Both the position numbers and the translations under genes were made by a program. A stretch of DNA of 64,000 nucleotides from contig OZ219926.1 in NCBI GenBank assembly GCA_964291405.2, forward strand, positions 3,520,001 to 3,584,000. The letters run 5' to 3'. The notes under the pieces were generated by a model. It was not told the DNA's origin, made no database searches, and worked only from the letters and a program-made list of their open reading frames with translations. Positions 18,082 to 26,761 of the stretch are shown one piece after another. The stretch is from Thermodesulfobacteriota bacterium (GTDB lineage: Bacteria > Desulfobacterota > Binatia > Bin18). Position 1 is the first letter of the stretch. Every line of letters starts with the position of its first letter.

Positions 18082-18939
18082 TTATGCGCCCAGCATCTCT
18101 TGAGCTAACCCCTCTAACTCCGGAATGACCTCCTCTTCCTGAAGCTTGTTGAGCCAGATAATGGCGTGTTCCGCGCCGGCCGCTTCCAATGCCTGGACCT
18201 GGTCCCGGCTATGCAACTGCCCCGGCTGCCCAAAGGCGATAACGGAGATGGACTTGGGATCACGCCCGGCTTGGGCGGCCAGCTCGTTCAAGGTCTCGCG
18301 TCCGTGTCGAATCTCATCGGGCGAGGTGCTGACCGGCATCCAGCCGTCCCCCCACTCAACCGTCCGTTTGAACACATTCTTGGCCGAACCACCCAGAATA
18401 ACGGGTGGATGCGGGTTTTGGGCCGGCTTGGGGAAGCATTTGACCGCGGGAAAGTCATAATACCTGCCGTGATATTCGGACTCGTCCGTAGTCCACAGCT
18501 CTTTCATGGCCAGGACCGAATCCCGAGTCTGGGTCCAGCGGTGCGGAAAGTCTCCGCCCATGATCTCACACTCTTCCTTTTGCCAGCCGGCTCCAATGCC
18601 AAACAAAAAACGTCCGCCCGAATAGTGATCCAGCGTGGAGATCTCTTTGGCCAGCAACAACGGGTTGCGCTCCGGCACGAGGCAAATCCCTGTACCCAGC
18701 TTGATCTTCGTGGTCGTGGCCGAGGCTCGAGCCAGCGACACAAACGGGTCGGAAATAATCCCGATCGTTCTCGGAATAGGCTGATCCGGAGCCATGGGAT
18801 AGCCCACGGTGGTATGCACCGGCAGAACCGGATGTTCCGGGACCCAAAACGAGGCAAAGCCCAGTTCTTCCGCCTTTTTCGCCACCACCGCAGGGTCCGC
18901 CGACTCGCCGGACGTGAAACAGAATACGCCAATGTCCAT
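18082..18939 (-). CDS. LLM F420-dependent oxidoreductase, Rv2161c-like
   Basis: AEELGFASFWVPEH, DPFVSLA, IKLGTGICLVPERNP, GRFLFGIGAGW..EE, PKPAQNPHPP. Confidence 0.88.
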   Translation of the reverse strand: MDIGVFCFTSGESADPAVVAKKAEELGFASFWVPEHPVLPVHTTVGYPMAPDQPIPRTIGIISDPFVSLARASATTTKIKLGTGICLVPERNPLLLAKEISTLDHYSGGRFLFGIGAGWQKEECEIMGGDFPHRWTQTRDSVLAMKELWTTDESEYHGRYYDFPAVKCFPKPAQNPHPPVILGGSAKNVFKRTVEWGDGWMPVSTSPDEIRHGRETLNELAAQAGRDPKSISVIAFGQPGQLHSRDQVQALEAAGAEHAIIWLNKLQEEEVIPELEGLAQEMLGA

Positions 18940-19045
18940 ATGTGCTCCTCCTTATTCTGAAACGCTCACTCTTGTGTATCTGTCTTATTCTATTACCCGC
19001 AAGATGTTGGGCTGCCTCTTCCACGGGAATACCGGACCGTATTGT

Positions 19046-19072
19046 GTCATACCTGCGAAAGCAGGTATCCAG
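19046..19072. repeat. REP-like palindrome GTCATACCTGCGAAAGCAGGTATCCAG
   Basis: Hairpin ATACCTGC-GAAA-GCAGGTAT, resembling the widespread GTCATTCCCGCGAAAGCGGGAATCCA repeat. Confidence 0.55.
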
Positions 19073-19196
19073 GCTTCGGGAATACGACGAAGTTTTGTGA
19101 GATGTATGGTTTCTATTAGGATAGGAACAGATGGAACCTTATTAAAGTCTCTCTATAATACTGACCTGATTCGATTCCGTTATTAAGTAAAATTTC

Positions 19197-19349
19197 GGAA
19201 CGACTTACCCAGCAGCAAACGATCTCGTCGCACGGCTGGTCATACATGGCATTCTACACGAGTTCACCGGTCAGGCCCGCAACCGGAGATTCATGTACAA
19301 GAGCTATATTGATCTATTTCACGATACCGAGTCGGAGGAAGGCATATGA
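19197..19349 (+). pseudogene. C-terminal fragment of a Fic-family protein
   Basis: Manual translation GTTYPAANDLVARLVIHGILHEFTGQARNRRFMYKSYIDLFHD...* matches the C-terminal wHTH tail of Fic proteins. No upstream part is present. Confidence 0.7.
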
Positions 19350-19408
19350 TCGCCAACCTCAACCCAGTCCTGCCTATCGGCGAGATTATGGGGAAAGGTA
19401 AAGAATGA
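19346..19408 (+). pseudogene. Possible 5' stub of type I RM specificity gene (hsdS)
   Basis: ATGATCGCCAACCTCAACCCA..CCTGCCTAT resembles the HsdS start MIADLKPYPAY. ATGA-coupled to the Fic tail and to the next gene. Confidence 0.4.
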
Positions 19409-19887
19409 AACTCAAGAAAATGTTCAAGAATTTCGGTTTGGAGAAGATCAGGTTAGGCCCCAAGTGGGCCAGTGCGGAAATATCTTTCCAAACCTCCGAC
19501 CGAGATGCGGCCTGGGAACTGTATATTGAGATGCTGACCAGAATCGTTACCCAGCCGTTACCGGTTGAAGCCGGAGACGAAAAAGCGGCTTTGGATAGTG
19601 TGTATTCCCTTTTTCCAACCTCCCGAGAGATTCTCCGACGGCGAGGACGCGGAGCAATACAATTCAGCAAGGTTGTCGTGCCCGTGCTGAACCAGGTGGT
19701 GCGGCCCTTTACCGCAAAGTGGCATAAGGAGAGTGAGGCTGGGGCTTTCGATAACGAAGTCAAGCGGAAGGAGTTTCGTGAAGAACTGGCGGTATTACAG
19801 GACGAGTTGCGTAACTACAACCGTATGCTGGCAGAGATCGCCGACGTGGAAGATTTGACCGACCTGGAACGGGTCGAAGGAAAGTAG
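19405..19887 (+). CDS. Conserved hypothetical helical protein, coupled to TIR gene
   Basis: 160 aa, AAWELYIEMLTRI..QPL...ALDSVYSLF...VLNQVVRPFTAKWH. The TIR ATG follows 2 nt after its stop. Confidence 0.8.
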   Translation: MKLKKMFKNFGLEKIRLGPKWASAEISFQTSDRDAAWELYIEMLTRIVTQPLPVEAGDEKAALDSVYSLFPTSREILRRRGRGAIQFSKVVVPVLNQVVRPFTAKWHKESEAGAFDNEVKRKEFREELAVLQDELRNYNRMLAEIADVEDLTDLERVEGK

Positions 19888-19889
19888 CA

Positions 19890-20456
19890 ATGCCTCAAAC
19901 CCAGAGGGACAAAGTGTTCATCAGTTTTCATCATGAGGACCAGAAGTACAAAGAGCGATTTGCCAAAATGATGAAAGGAGACATTGTAGATAAATCGGTC
20001 AAAGACAGCGACATAGATGACCGCAATCTGAAAACGGCAACGATTCGCCAGAAAATCCGCGAGGACTTCATTGCTGACGCAACCGTGACCGTTGTACTGA
20101 TAGGTCCTTGCACCTGGAAGAGAAAACATGTGGATTGGGAGATTGGTTCCAGTCTGAGAGATACTAAGAAGAATCCCAGATGCGGCCTGCTGGGTATCCT
20201 GCTTCCCAATCATCCTGATTTTGGCAAAGAACCTATGATCCTCACCTGATACCGCCAAGACTGGCGGACAACTGTAAGGGAGATGACCCCTACGCATGCA
20301 TATATCGTTGGTCAGGAAGTCCGAATGAGGTATCGTGTTCGCCGGTGGATTCATCAGGCATTCAAGAGAAGGAAGAGAACACCAGACCCCAACAACAAAC
20401 GGCGGCAGTTTCGAGACAATAGAAAAGGCAAGTGTTCAAAAGGTTGGCAGGATTAG
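19890..20456 (+). pseudogene. ThsB/MTH538 (DUF1863)-like TIR-domain protein with two compensating frameshifts
   Basis: KVFISFHH, TVTVVLIGPCTWKRKHVDWEI. The protein continues YDPHLIPPRLADN.. in the -1 frame from ~20231, then VRRWIHQAF..* back in the original frame to TAG 20456. A premature TGA lies at 20247. Confidence 0.8.
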
Positions 20457-20492
20457 GGCGAAAAATTTTCGCCTCTATCATGACGGTGTATC

Positions 20493-21077
20493 GTGACTAA
20501 GGGGGATTCACACCGCCGTCGGTCGCCCCGTCTGCGCGGTTACGATTATTCGTGGGCAGGAGCGTATTTCGTAACGGTCTGTACCCACAACCGGGCGTGT
20601 CTGTTCGGTGAAATTGTGAACGGAGAGATGCAGTTGAATGATGTCGGGCGGGTGGTCGCTACACACTGGCGTTCTTTGTCCAAACGATTTTCAAGTGTTC
20701 AACCGGATGTGTTCGTCGTGATGCCGAATCACATGCACGGTATTATCGCGTTGCCCGATGTAGGGGCGGCCCTTGTGGCCGCCCAGGGCAGAGCGCGTAG
20801 GATCACCCCCCCAAGACGGGCAACCACAAGGGTTGCCCCTACGACATCATTGGGCACGGTGATAGGTGCGTACAAATCATTGACAACAGTTGCCTATGCG
20901 CGTGGGGTGAAAATGTGGGGTTGGGCACCGTTCGCTGGTAAATTATGGCAACGGAATTATTATGAACATATCATCCGCAACGAGGCAGCCCTGAACCGGA
21001 TTCGCCAATACATCATGGACAACCCGGCCCGCTGGGCCGAAGACCCAGAGAATCCTGCCCGAACAACCCATTTGTAG
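20493..21077 (+). mobile_element. REP-associated tyrosine (Y1/HUH) transposase, RAYT
   Basis: RRSPRLRGYDYS..GAYFVTVCT, VVMPNHMHGII (HUH), WQRNYYEHIIRNE...YI.DNP.RW. Confidence 0.92.
20760..20842. repeat. GTAG-type REP doublet inside the RAYT gene
   Basis: GTAGGGGCGGCCCTTGTGGCCGCCC ... GGGCAACCACAAGGGTTGCCCCTAC inverted pair. Confidence 0.9.
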
Positions 21078-21113
21078 GGACACCTGTAGCGGGTCGGACG
21101 ACCAGGAATCCTT

Positions 21114-21196
21114 GTAGGGGCGGCCCTTGTGGCCGCCTGGGGTATGGTGGAGATGACCCACCTCCCAAGATGGGCAACCACAAGGGTTGCCCCTAC
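21114..21196. repeat. GTAG-type REP doublet downstream of RAYT
   Basis: Same GTAGGGGCGGCCCTTGTGGCCGCC / GGGCAACCACAAGGGTTGCCCCTAC pair with the same 83-bp span. Confidence 0.9.
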
Positions 21197-21208
21197 CGCG
21201 AACAATCT

Positions 21209-21268
21209 ATGCCCCACCCCCTCAAACCCCACCCGGCCTGTAAGTCCTCCGGTGTCAAACGGCTTTGA
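21209..21268 (+). pseudogene. Degenerate 5' stub of hsdS
   Basis: MPHPLKPHPACKSSGVKRL* versus the typical HsdS start LKPYPAYKPSGVEWLG. The differences (Y>H, Y>C, E>K, W>R) are single-base changes. Confidence 0.6.
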
Positions 21269-21320
21269 AGGGCTGGGCAATACAGCCAACGCCACCTCTG
21301 GTCAGGATAGATATTTGGTC

Positions 21321-21349
21321 AAAAATGTGTAATCTTTATACACATTTTT
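21321..21349. promoter_or_regulatory. Perfect inverted repeat, probable antitoxin operator
   Basis: AAAAATGTGTA-N7-TACACATTTTT, 20 nt upstream of the antitoxin start. Confidence 0.7.
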
Positions 21350-21369
21350 ACGGAGAGGCTGGATACGTC

Positions 21370-21645
21370 ATGGCCAGAGTCCAATTGATAATACCCGATG
21401 AAGACCGTGACCGTTTCGTCTATCAGGCTCGCAAGGAGGGCTTGACATTGAGCGCTTGGCTGAGGGCTGCCGCCCGTGAACGGCTTGAAGACCGGCAACG
21501 CCCCGAGTTTTTCGAGTCACCCTCGGCCTTGGAAGAGTTTTTCAGGGCGTGCGATGCCCTGAAGGGTCCCGAGACCGAACCGGAATGGGACGAGCACCTG
21601 AGCGCAATCGCCGAGTCGCGGCGGCGGAACGCAGCCAACACATGA
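21370..21645 (+). CDS. vapB: RHH-type antitoxin (VapB-like)
   Basis: MARVQLIIPDEDRDRFVYQARKEGLTLSAWLR ribbon-helix-helix. ATGA overlap with the PIN gene. Confidence 0.8.
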   Translation: MARVQLIIPDEDRDRFVYQARKEGLTLSAWLRAAARERLEDRQRPEFFESPSALEEFFRACDALKGPETEPEWDEHLSAIAESRRRNAANT

Positions 21646-22037
21646 TATTCGTCGATACGAATGTCTTCATGTACGCGGTAGGTCGGCCACATCCGCTGCA
21701 AGCGCCGGCCCGAGAGTTCTTTACCGAGTCCAACCGGCGCGGCACGCCTCTCGGTACTTCGGCGGAAGTCTTGCAGGAGTTGGCACATGCCTACCTGCCG
21801 GTCGGCCGACTCCAGACGTTCGATGCAGCCCTGGCGTTGGTGGTCAGAGCCGGTGTCGAAGTGTGGCCGCTGGAAGAAGCGGATGTGACGCTGGCGAGGC
21901 AGCTCCATGAAAAGTATCCCACGCTGGGGGCCAGAGACCTTTGCCATCTCGCAAGTTGCCGACGGCGCGGCGTGAAGCAAATCATGACCTTTGACCAAGC
22001 CCTGAGCACCGTTGGACCGAAGCCGGCACGGTCATAA
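21642..22037 (+). CDS. vapC: PIN-domain toxin
   Basis: MIFVDTNVFMYAVG..HP, TSAEVLQE, LGARDLCHLA, IMTFD. Confidence 0.93.
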   Translation: MIFVDTNVFMYAVGRPHPLQAPAREFFTESNRRGTPLGTSAEVLQELAHAYLPVGRLQTFDAALALVVRAGVEVWPLEEADVTLARQLHEKYPTLGARDLCHLASCRRRGVKQIMTFDQALSTVGPKPARS

Positions 22038-22071
22038 AGGCAAAGTCGTCAACTCTGCTAGGCGATATCCC

Positions 22072-22149
22072 ATGACCGCTGGCCTGATCAAGCCATTTGA
22101 TGAAGGTGCTGCTCGGAGGCTGAGGAAATACATCCCTTTCTGGGCCTGA
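22072..22149 (+). pseudogene. C-terminal remnant of an AlbA/HATPase_c_4-wHTH regulator-like protein
   Basis: TAGLIKPFDEGAARRLRKYIPFWA* resembles the characteristic ...GLIKP.D.....KYVPFWA terminus of that family (recognised from memory). Confidence 0.5.
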
Positions 22150-22645
22150 ATTTTAATTGATAGGCAGCTATTGGACAAGCAGGATTTTTTCCTAAGCCAT
22201 TGACCTAACTATATAATTTTAATTGATGGGTAATTGATAGAGAAGTGCCCAGCTTGATCTTCGTGGCCGAGACCCGTTTCGCAAACGGAAGTACACGACG
22301 AAGAAGGAAGGGGAGCCCGGGAGGGGGGACTCCCGGACTCCATGGGGGAGGAAATCTGTAGACTCTACGGACAGGTAGAGCAGCAAGCACTTTTAATAGT
22401 GCTTTAATCTGGGATACACATACAGTATGGATGTAAAACTGACTATCTGTCAAGCATATCTCTGTTTCTTGAGTAAAAATAAATGGTTATAGGGGAATAG
22501 TTTAAAACCGAGAAAATCACATAATTTCTTCTTCTAACCCTCAGGAGACAGACTTCCAGTGGACAGTTTTGTGGGCCAATAGAGAGAAACGACGCTGGTC
22601 TTAACGGCTGGAATGAAGTCGTAAGAATTGAACGCTTTACACCTC

Positions 22646-23308
22646 ATGAAGTCCTGTCCGGATTGTCGCAAACTCAATAGAGAACACGCGCGCTTCTGCG
22701 GATACTGTAGGAAACCCCTGACAGCGCGCTCCCCTGTACGGGGCTGGAGCTTCAACCCACTCTTTCTCTGGGCGAGTCTCGTCATCGCAGTTATCGCGAG
22801 CGTAGTCGTAACATCCATCCAAGAGGACCTGCTTCAAGAGCATTTAAGAGCTGACAGGTTCTCTCCTGACGTGCTCCTTGAGCGTGTCCGCACCGAGCCG
22901 ATTGATGTGCTCTCTTATATGCGGGATTTCGAGCGTCGTACCCATATTTTGGTGAATGAACATCGCATTGCGATCGGACTTGAGCCTCTTGAGTATAGCG
23001 AAGCCCTGGCGATGATCGCACGACAGCATAGCAAAGCTATAGCCACCGGATACGAATTCTTCAGCCACGACGGTTTTGAGGAACGCAAACGTATGGCCCA
23101 AGGATTTGTCCAACTCGAAACATTTGCGGAAAACCTTGCCCTCAATAATTCCTCGCCTGCCAGTGCTCCGACGGACGCCGTCGCGGGCTGGCTGGACAGT
23201 CCGGGGCACCGGAAGAATATGGAAGGCCAGTTTAATCTGACCGGTATTGGATGTGCGCGGGGAAAAGACGGTGTGTTCTACTTTACTCAGCTTTTCGGGC
23301 TGAGGTGA
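22646..23308 (+). CDS. CAP/SCP-domain protein with N-terminal zinc ribbon and TM helix
   Basis: CPDC..CGYC, a hydrophobic helix, LVNEHR..GL.PL, ARQHS, FSH, AENLA, WLDSPGHRKNM. Confidence 0.88.
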   Translation: MKSCPDCRKLNREHARFCGYCRKPLTARSPVRGWSFNPLFLWASLVIAVIASVVVTSIQEDLLQEHLRADRFSPDVLLERVRTEPIDVLSYMRDFERRTHILVNEHRIAIGLEPLEYSEALAMIARQHSKAIATGYEFFSHDGFEERKRMAQGFVQLETFAENLALNNSSPASAPTDAVAGWLDSPGHRKNMEGQFNLTGIGCARGKDGVFYFTQLFGLR

Positions 23309-23387
23309 GGAGGAGGGTCCACTGGACTTCCCCCTCTTCGAGAGTAGAGTGGGTCGGGAAAACCCACCCTGTGCCATGAATGAGACG

Positions 23388-24545
23388 TTACGCGCTCATC
23401 CCCATCAGATCCGCGAAGTTCTGCGTATAGAACCGGTCCAAGGTCTCTGCGTCTTGTCCTTCCAATGTACGACCAAAACGACCCAAAGGGTCACGACCGC
23501 CCTCGGGATGTGGATAATCGCTGGAGAACATATAGAGACGTGGGTCAGAAGCATTGATGATGGCCCCCACATCCTCGAACACAAACGGCGTAAAGCGGAC
23601 CTGATCGATAATCTGCTGGCTTGGCGTGCGCTGCAAGTCTTTGAGCAAAGGCTCGCTCCGACTCCAGATGCCGGCGACCAGGTCGAGACGGTCCAGCATG
23701 GACGGCACCCAACCAGCACCGAGTTCAATGACCCCACCGCGCAGTTCGGGAAAGCGTTCCAGCACGCCGTCTAGCACCATCGTGGACAGGAACTGCTCGG
23801 GCAGATGATGCAGACCCATCATGTCTTTACTACGGATGTTCTCACCGCCGCCGAGCCAGTCGTTGGGAATCGGACGGCCATTATCGAGCCAGCCCGGATC
23901 GACTTTGAGCGCGGCCCCACCCACGTGCAGAAGGAACGGGACTTGATGTTCAACAAAGCGAGCCCAGAGGGGATCGAGGTCGGTATGGCCGGGCGAATGC
24001 CCGTTGGCCAAGCGGTGGGGAATCCACATGGCTTCCAGCCCAAGACTCACCGCATAGTCGAGGTCTGTGATCGACCGTTCCACATCGTCAATGGGGAGCA
24101 GGCCCACGCCGACCAGACGCTCGTCCGCACAGAATTCCGCCATGGAACGGTTATGCGCCCGACAGCCGCCATAGGCAATATCGGGAGCAACGTCTGACCC
24201 AAACAGCATGGAGGTGCTCAGCGAGGAGAAGACAAACTGTTTGGCAAAGCCCAAACGGTCGAGCGCGTCCGTCCGTTCGGAGGCGTCAAATGCGCCGAGC
24301 GCGTCATAGCCCTTGGGACCGCTAATCAAGCCGTCGCCCAGGTCTCGCAATTTCTGCGCTTCGTGGTCCGGGCGACCGTTGTCGACGTACTGATTCACAT
24401 GTTGAGCGAGCACCCCCGCGGCTTCAAAATTAAACGGGGGAAGCTGGTCGGCGACATTACGGTCAGCGGTGGCCGTCAGAAAGTCCGACAATTCCATGAT
24501 ATGGCTGTCCGCGTCAAAAAATATGCGTCCGGTTGCGTATGCCAT
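23388..24545 (-). CDS. Amidohydrolase_2 family protein
   Basis: FDADSHIME, AHNR, IELGAGWVP, FSSDYPHPEGG. Confidence 0.9.
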   Translation of the reverse strand: MAYATGRIFFDADSHIMELSDFLTATADRNVADQLPPFNFEAAGVLAQHVNQYVDNGRPDHEAQKLRDLGDGLISGPKGYDALGAFDASERTDALDRLGFAKQFVFSSLSTSMLFGSDVAPDIAYGGCRAHNRSMAEFCADERLVGVGLLPIDDVERSITDLDYAVSLGLEAMWIPHRLANGHSPGHTDLDPLWARFVEHQVPFLLHVGGAALKVDPGWLDNGRPIPNDWLGGGENIRSKDMMGLHHLPEQFLSTMVLDGVLERFPELRGGVIELGAGWVPSMLDRLDLVAGIWSRSEPLLKDLQRTPSQQIIDQVRFTPFVFEDVGAIINASDPRLYMFSSDYPHPEGGRDPLGRFGRTLEGQDAETLDRFYTQNFADLMGMSA

Positions 24546-24700
24546 CAGGACTCCTTCGTCTGAATTGGATTGGCCAAAACCATTATCAATTTTCGCCAAC
24601 GGAAGCTAGCGAACTCCAGGGCATTCTGTTTTGATTTTCTACCTGATGGAATAAGGTAGCGCGGCAGACTTGGACAGAGATTGTCCTCAGGAGCACATTC

Positions 24701-25921
24701 ATGATTGAAACCGTTTCCCCAGAAAGCGTCGGACTGAGTCGCATCCGCCTGAACCGTATCCCCGAGCATCTCAAGGGCTATGTCGATGACGGGAGAATTC
24801 CTGGTTATCTGGTGCTGGTGGCCCGGCGTGGCCAGCCAGCTTATCTGAATCGTTACGGACTACGCGATGTAGAAGCACATACGCCGGTTGAAGAAAACAC
24901 CATTTTTCGCATCTATTCCATGACCAAGCCCATCACCAGTGTGGCGCTTATGACGCTGTATGAACGAGGATTGTTTCAACTCGATACTCCGGTGTCAGCC
25001 TTCATTCCTGAATTCAAACACTTGGAAGTCTTTGAATCCGGAGATGCTCAGCAGTACCGCACCACGACGGCTGAACGTGAAATAACGATTCGCGATCTGC
25101 TGACGCATACAGCCGGTTTCACCTACGGCTTTATGAACGTTCATCCGGTTGACGCTCTGTACCGCGCCCAAGGAGTTGAAGGGTCGAGTTCCAAGGGAAG
25201 TTTACACGACATGGTGCAAAAGCTCAGTACACTTCCGCTCCTTTTCTCTCCGGGAACGCGCTGGAGTTATAGTGTGGCCACTGACGTGTTGGGATATCTT
25301 GTTGAACTGCTGTCAGGACAGTCGCTCGCTACCTATTTCAGCGAGCATATTTGGGAGCCGCTGGGTATGCGGGACACTGCCTTTGCGGTTGCGGATGAAG
25401 ATGTCCCCCGCTTGGCCGCAAACTATGAGTATCAAAAAGGAGGCTTTCGTCTCATTGATAGCCCAACGAAGAGTAGGTATCGCGGACAGCCGACGTTTCT
25501 CTCAGGTGGGGGCGGGCTGGTCTCAACAGCGAGTGACTATCTCAAGTTTTTACTTATGCTTAGAAATAGAGGCGTATTGAACGGTGAACGCCTCCTTGGC
25601 CGTAAGACCGTTGAACTCATGACCGTGAATCATCTGCCGGACAATGCCGATCTGAGCCGTATGGGCCAGAAGGTGTTCAGTGAGATGCCTTTTGATGGGA
25701 TTGGGTTCGGTCTGGGTTTTTCCGTCACGCTAGATCCGGTCAAGGCCCAGATTCTTGGCTCATCCGGTGAGTATTCATGGGGTGGGGCTGCCAGCACAAC
25801 TTTTTGGGTTGATCCAGTGGAAGACTTGATCGTCATCTTTCTCACGCAACTGATGCCGTCCTCTTCGTATCCGATCCGGCGTGAGCTGCGGGTTTTGACG
25901 TATCAAGCGGTTGTGGAGTAG
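24701..25921 (+). CDS. Serine hydrolase, beta-lactamase/class C-like family
   Basis: FRIYSMTKP (SxxK), LLTHTAG, PGTRWSYS, SGGGGLVST, WGGAAST. Confidence 0.92.
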   Translation: MIETVSPESVGLSRIRLNRIPEHLKGYVDDGRIPGYLVLVARRGQPAYLNRYGLRDVEAHTPVEENTIFRIYSMTKPITSVALMTLYERGLFQLDTPVSAFIPEFKHLEVFESGDAQQYRTTTAEREITIRDLLTHTAGFTYGFMNVHPVDALYRAQGVEGSSSKGSLHDMVQKLSTLPLLFSPGTRWSYSVATDVLGYLVELLSGQSLATYFSEHIWEPLGMRDTAFAVADEDVPRLAANYEYQKGGFRLIDSPTKSRYRGQPTFLSGGGGLVSTASDYLKFLLMLRNRGVLNGERLLGRKTVELMTVNHLPDNADLSRMGQKVFSEMPFDGIGFGLGFSVTLDPVKAQILGSSGEYSWGGAASTTFWVDPVEDLIVIFLTQLMPSSSYPIRRELRVLTYQAVVE

Positions 25922-25986
25922 ATTGGGAAAGCGCGGGAAACGAGACCGCCCGCGGGGAGTGAACGACGCAAATAAGGAGGGACGAC

Positions 25987-26742
25987 ATGGACCCACATCA
26001 GTATATCGTAGCGCCCTCAACCGTACCGTGGAAAACCTTGGCCCTTGAGGGCGGAGGGGAAACCCAGCTTCAAATGTATTTGAAAGGCAGAGATGGTGGA
26101 CCCGAAGCCGTCCGGGCGCAAATCTCGGAAAACTATACGGTGGAGCCGCATTTTCACTATGCGGCGCAATTCCAAGTCCTGCTTGAAGGTGCAATGGCCT
26201 TCCCGCTGGTCCGGCTGGAGGCGCCGGCCGTGCACTATACGGAACACAATACACCCTACGGTCCGTTCACGGTCAGCGGCGGGCACGACATGCTCGTGTT
26301 GCATACCAAGCCGGGCGGTTTGGCCGTCATGCGCGACAAAAAACGTCGCTGGCGAGCGAATGTGCGCGGGCGTGAGTTTACGCGCTGTGCACACGAGGTC
26401 GAGTGGCAGCCCATGCCCGGCTGTAAAGACGCCCGACGCAAGCTGCTCATCCCGGATAGCTTTGGCCCGAGTGCAGAGTTGGTTGCGTTTCCGGCCGGTG
26501 CTGAATTCACTCCCCCGGTCCCGGAGTATGGCCGGTATGAAGTGGTGTATGCCGGTTCTGCCTCCATGATGGGTAGGCATCTGGAACCGAAAGCGCTTCG
26601 TTTCATTCCGGGCGGAGAACACGCCGATCCGTTCACCGCTGGTCCCGAAGGCGTGAGCATGATTTTCCTGAGCTTTGACCAAGACGCCAACTATAGTGAG
26701 GCCGGCAGTACGGAAGACGCGATTGCCCGGATGGAGAAGTGA
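25987..26742 (+). CDS. Bicupin-like hypothetical protein
   Basis: PHFHYAAQFQVLLEG...HYT..NTPYGPF cupin motif, followed by a second beta-rich half. Confidence 0.65.
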   Translation: MDPHQYIVAPSTVPWKTLALEGGGETQLQMYLKGRDGGPEAVRAQISENYTVEPHFHYAAQFQVLLEGAMAFPLVRLEAPAVHYTEHNTPYGPFTVSGGHDMLVLHTKPGGLAVMRDKKRRWRANVRGREFTRCAHEVEWQPMPGCKDARRKLLIPDSFGPSAELVAFPAGAEFTPPVPEYGRYEVVYAGSASMMGRHLEPKALRFIPGGEHADPFTAGPEGVSMIFLSFDQDANYSEAGSTEDAIARMEK

Positions 26743-26761
26743 AAAAGCAAAAAGGAGAAGG

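Noticed and set aside
16870-18108. 412-aa plus-strand ORF (likewise 3414..4493 and 32246..33247)
   Set aside because: Antisense shadows of well-supported genes, common in GC-rich DNA.
20760-21196. CRISPR array
   Set aside because: The repeats are inverted GTAG REP doublets next to a RAYT, not direct repeats with regular spacers, and there are no cas genes.
22205-22453. 82-aa minus-strand ORF
   Set aside because: Only a ~9-codon LLM-like patch in otherwise non-coding-looking DNA. Reported as a repeat scar instead.
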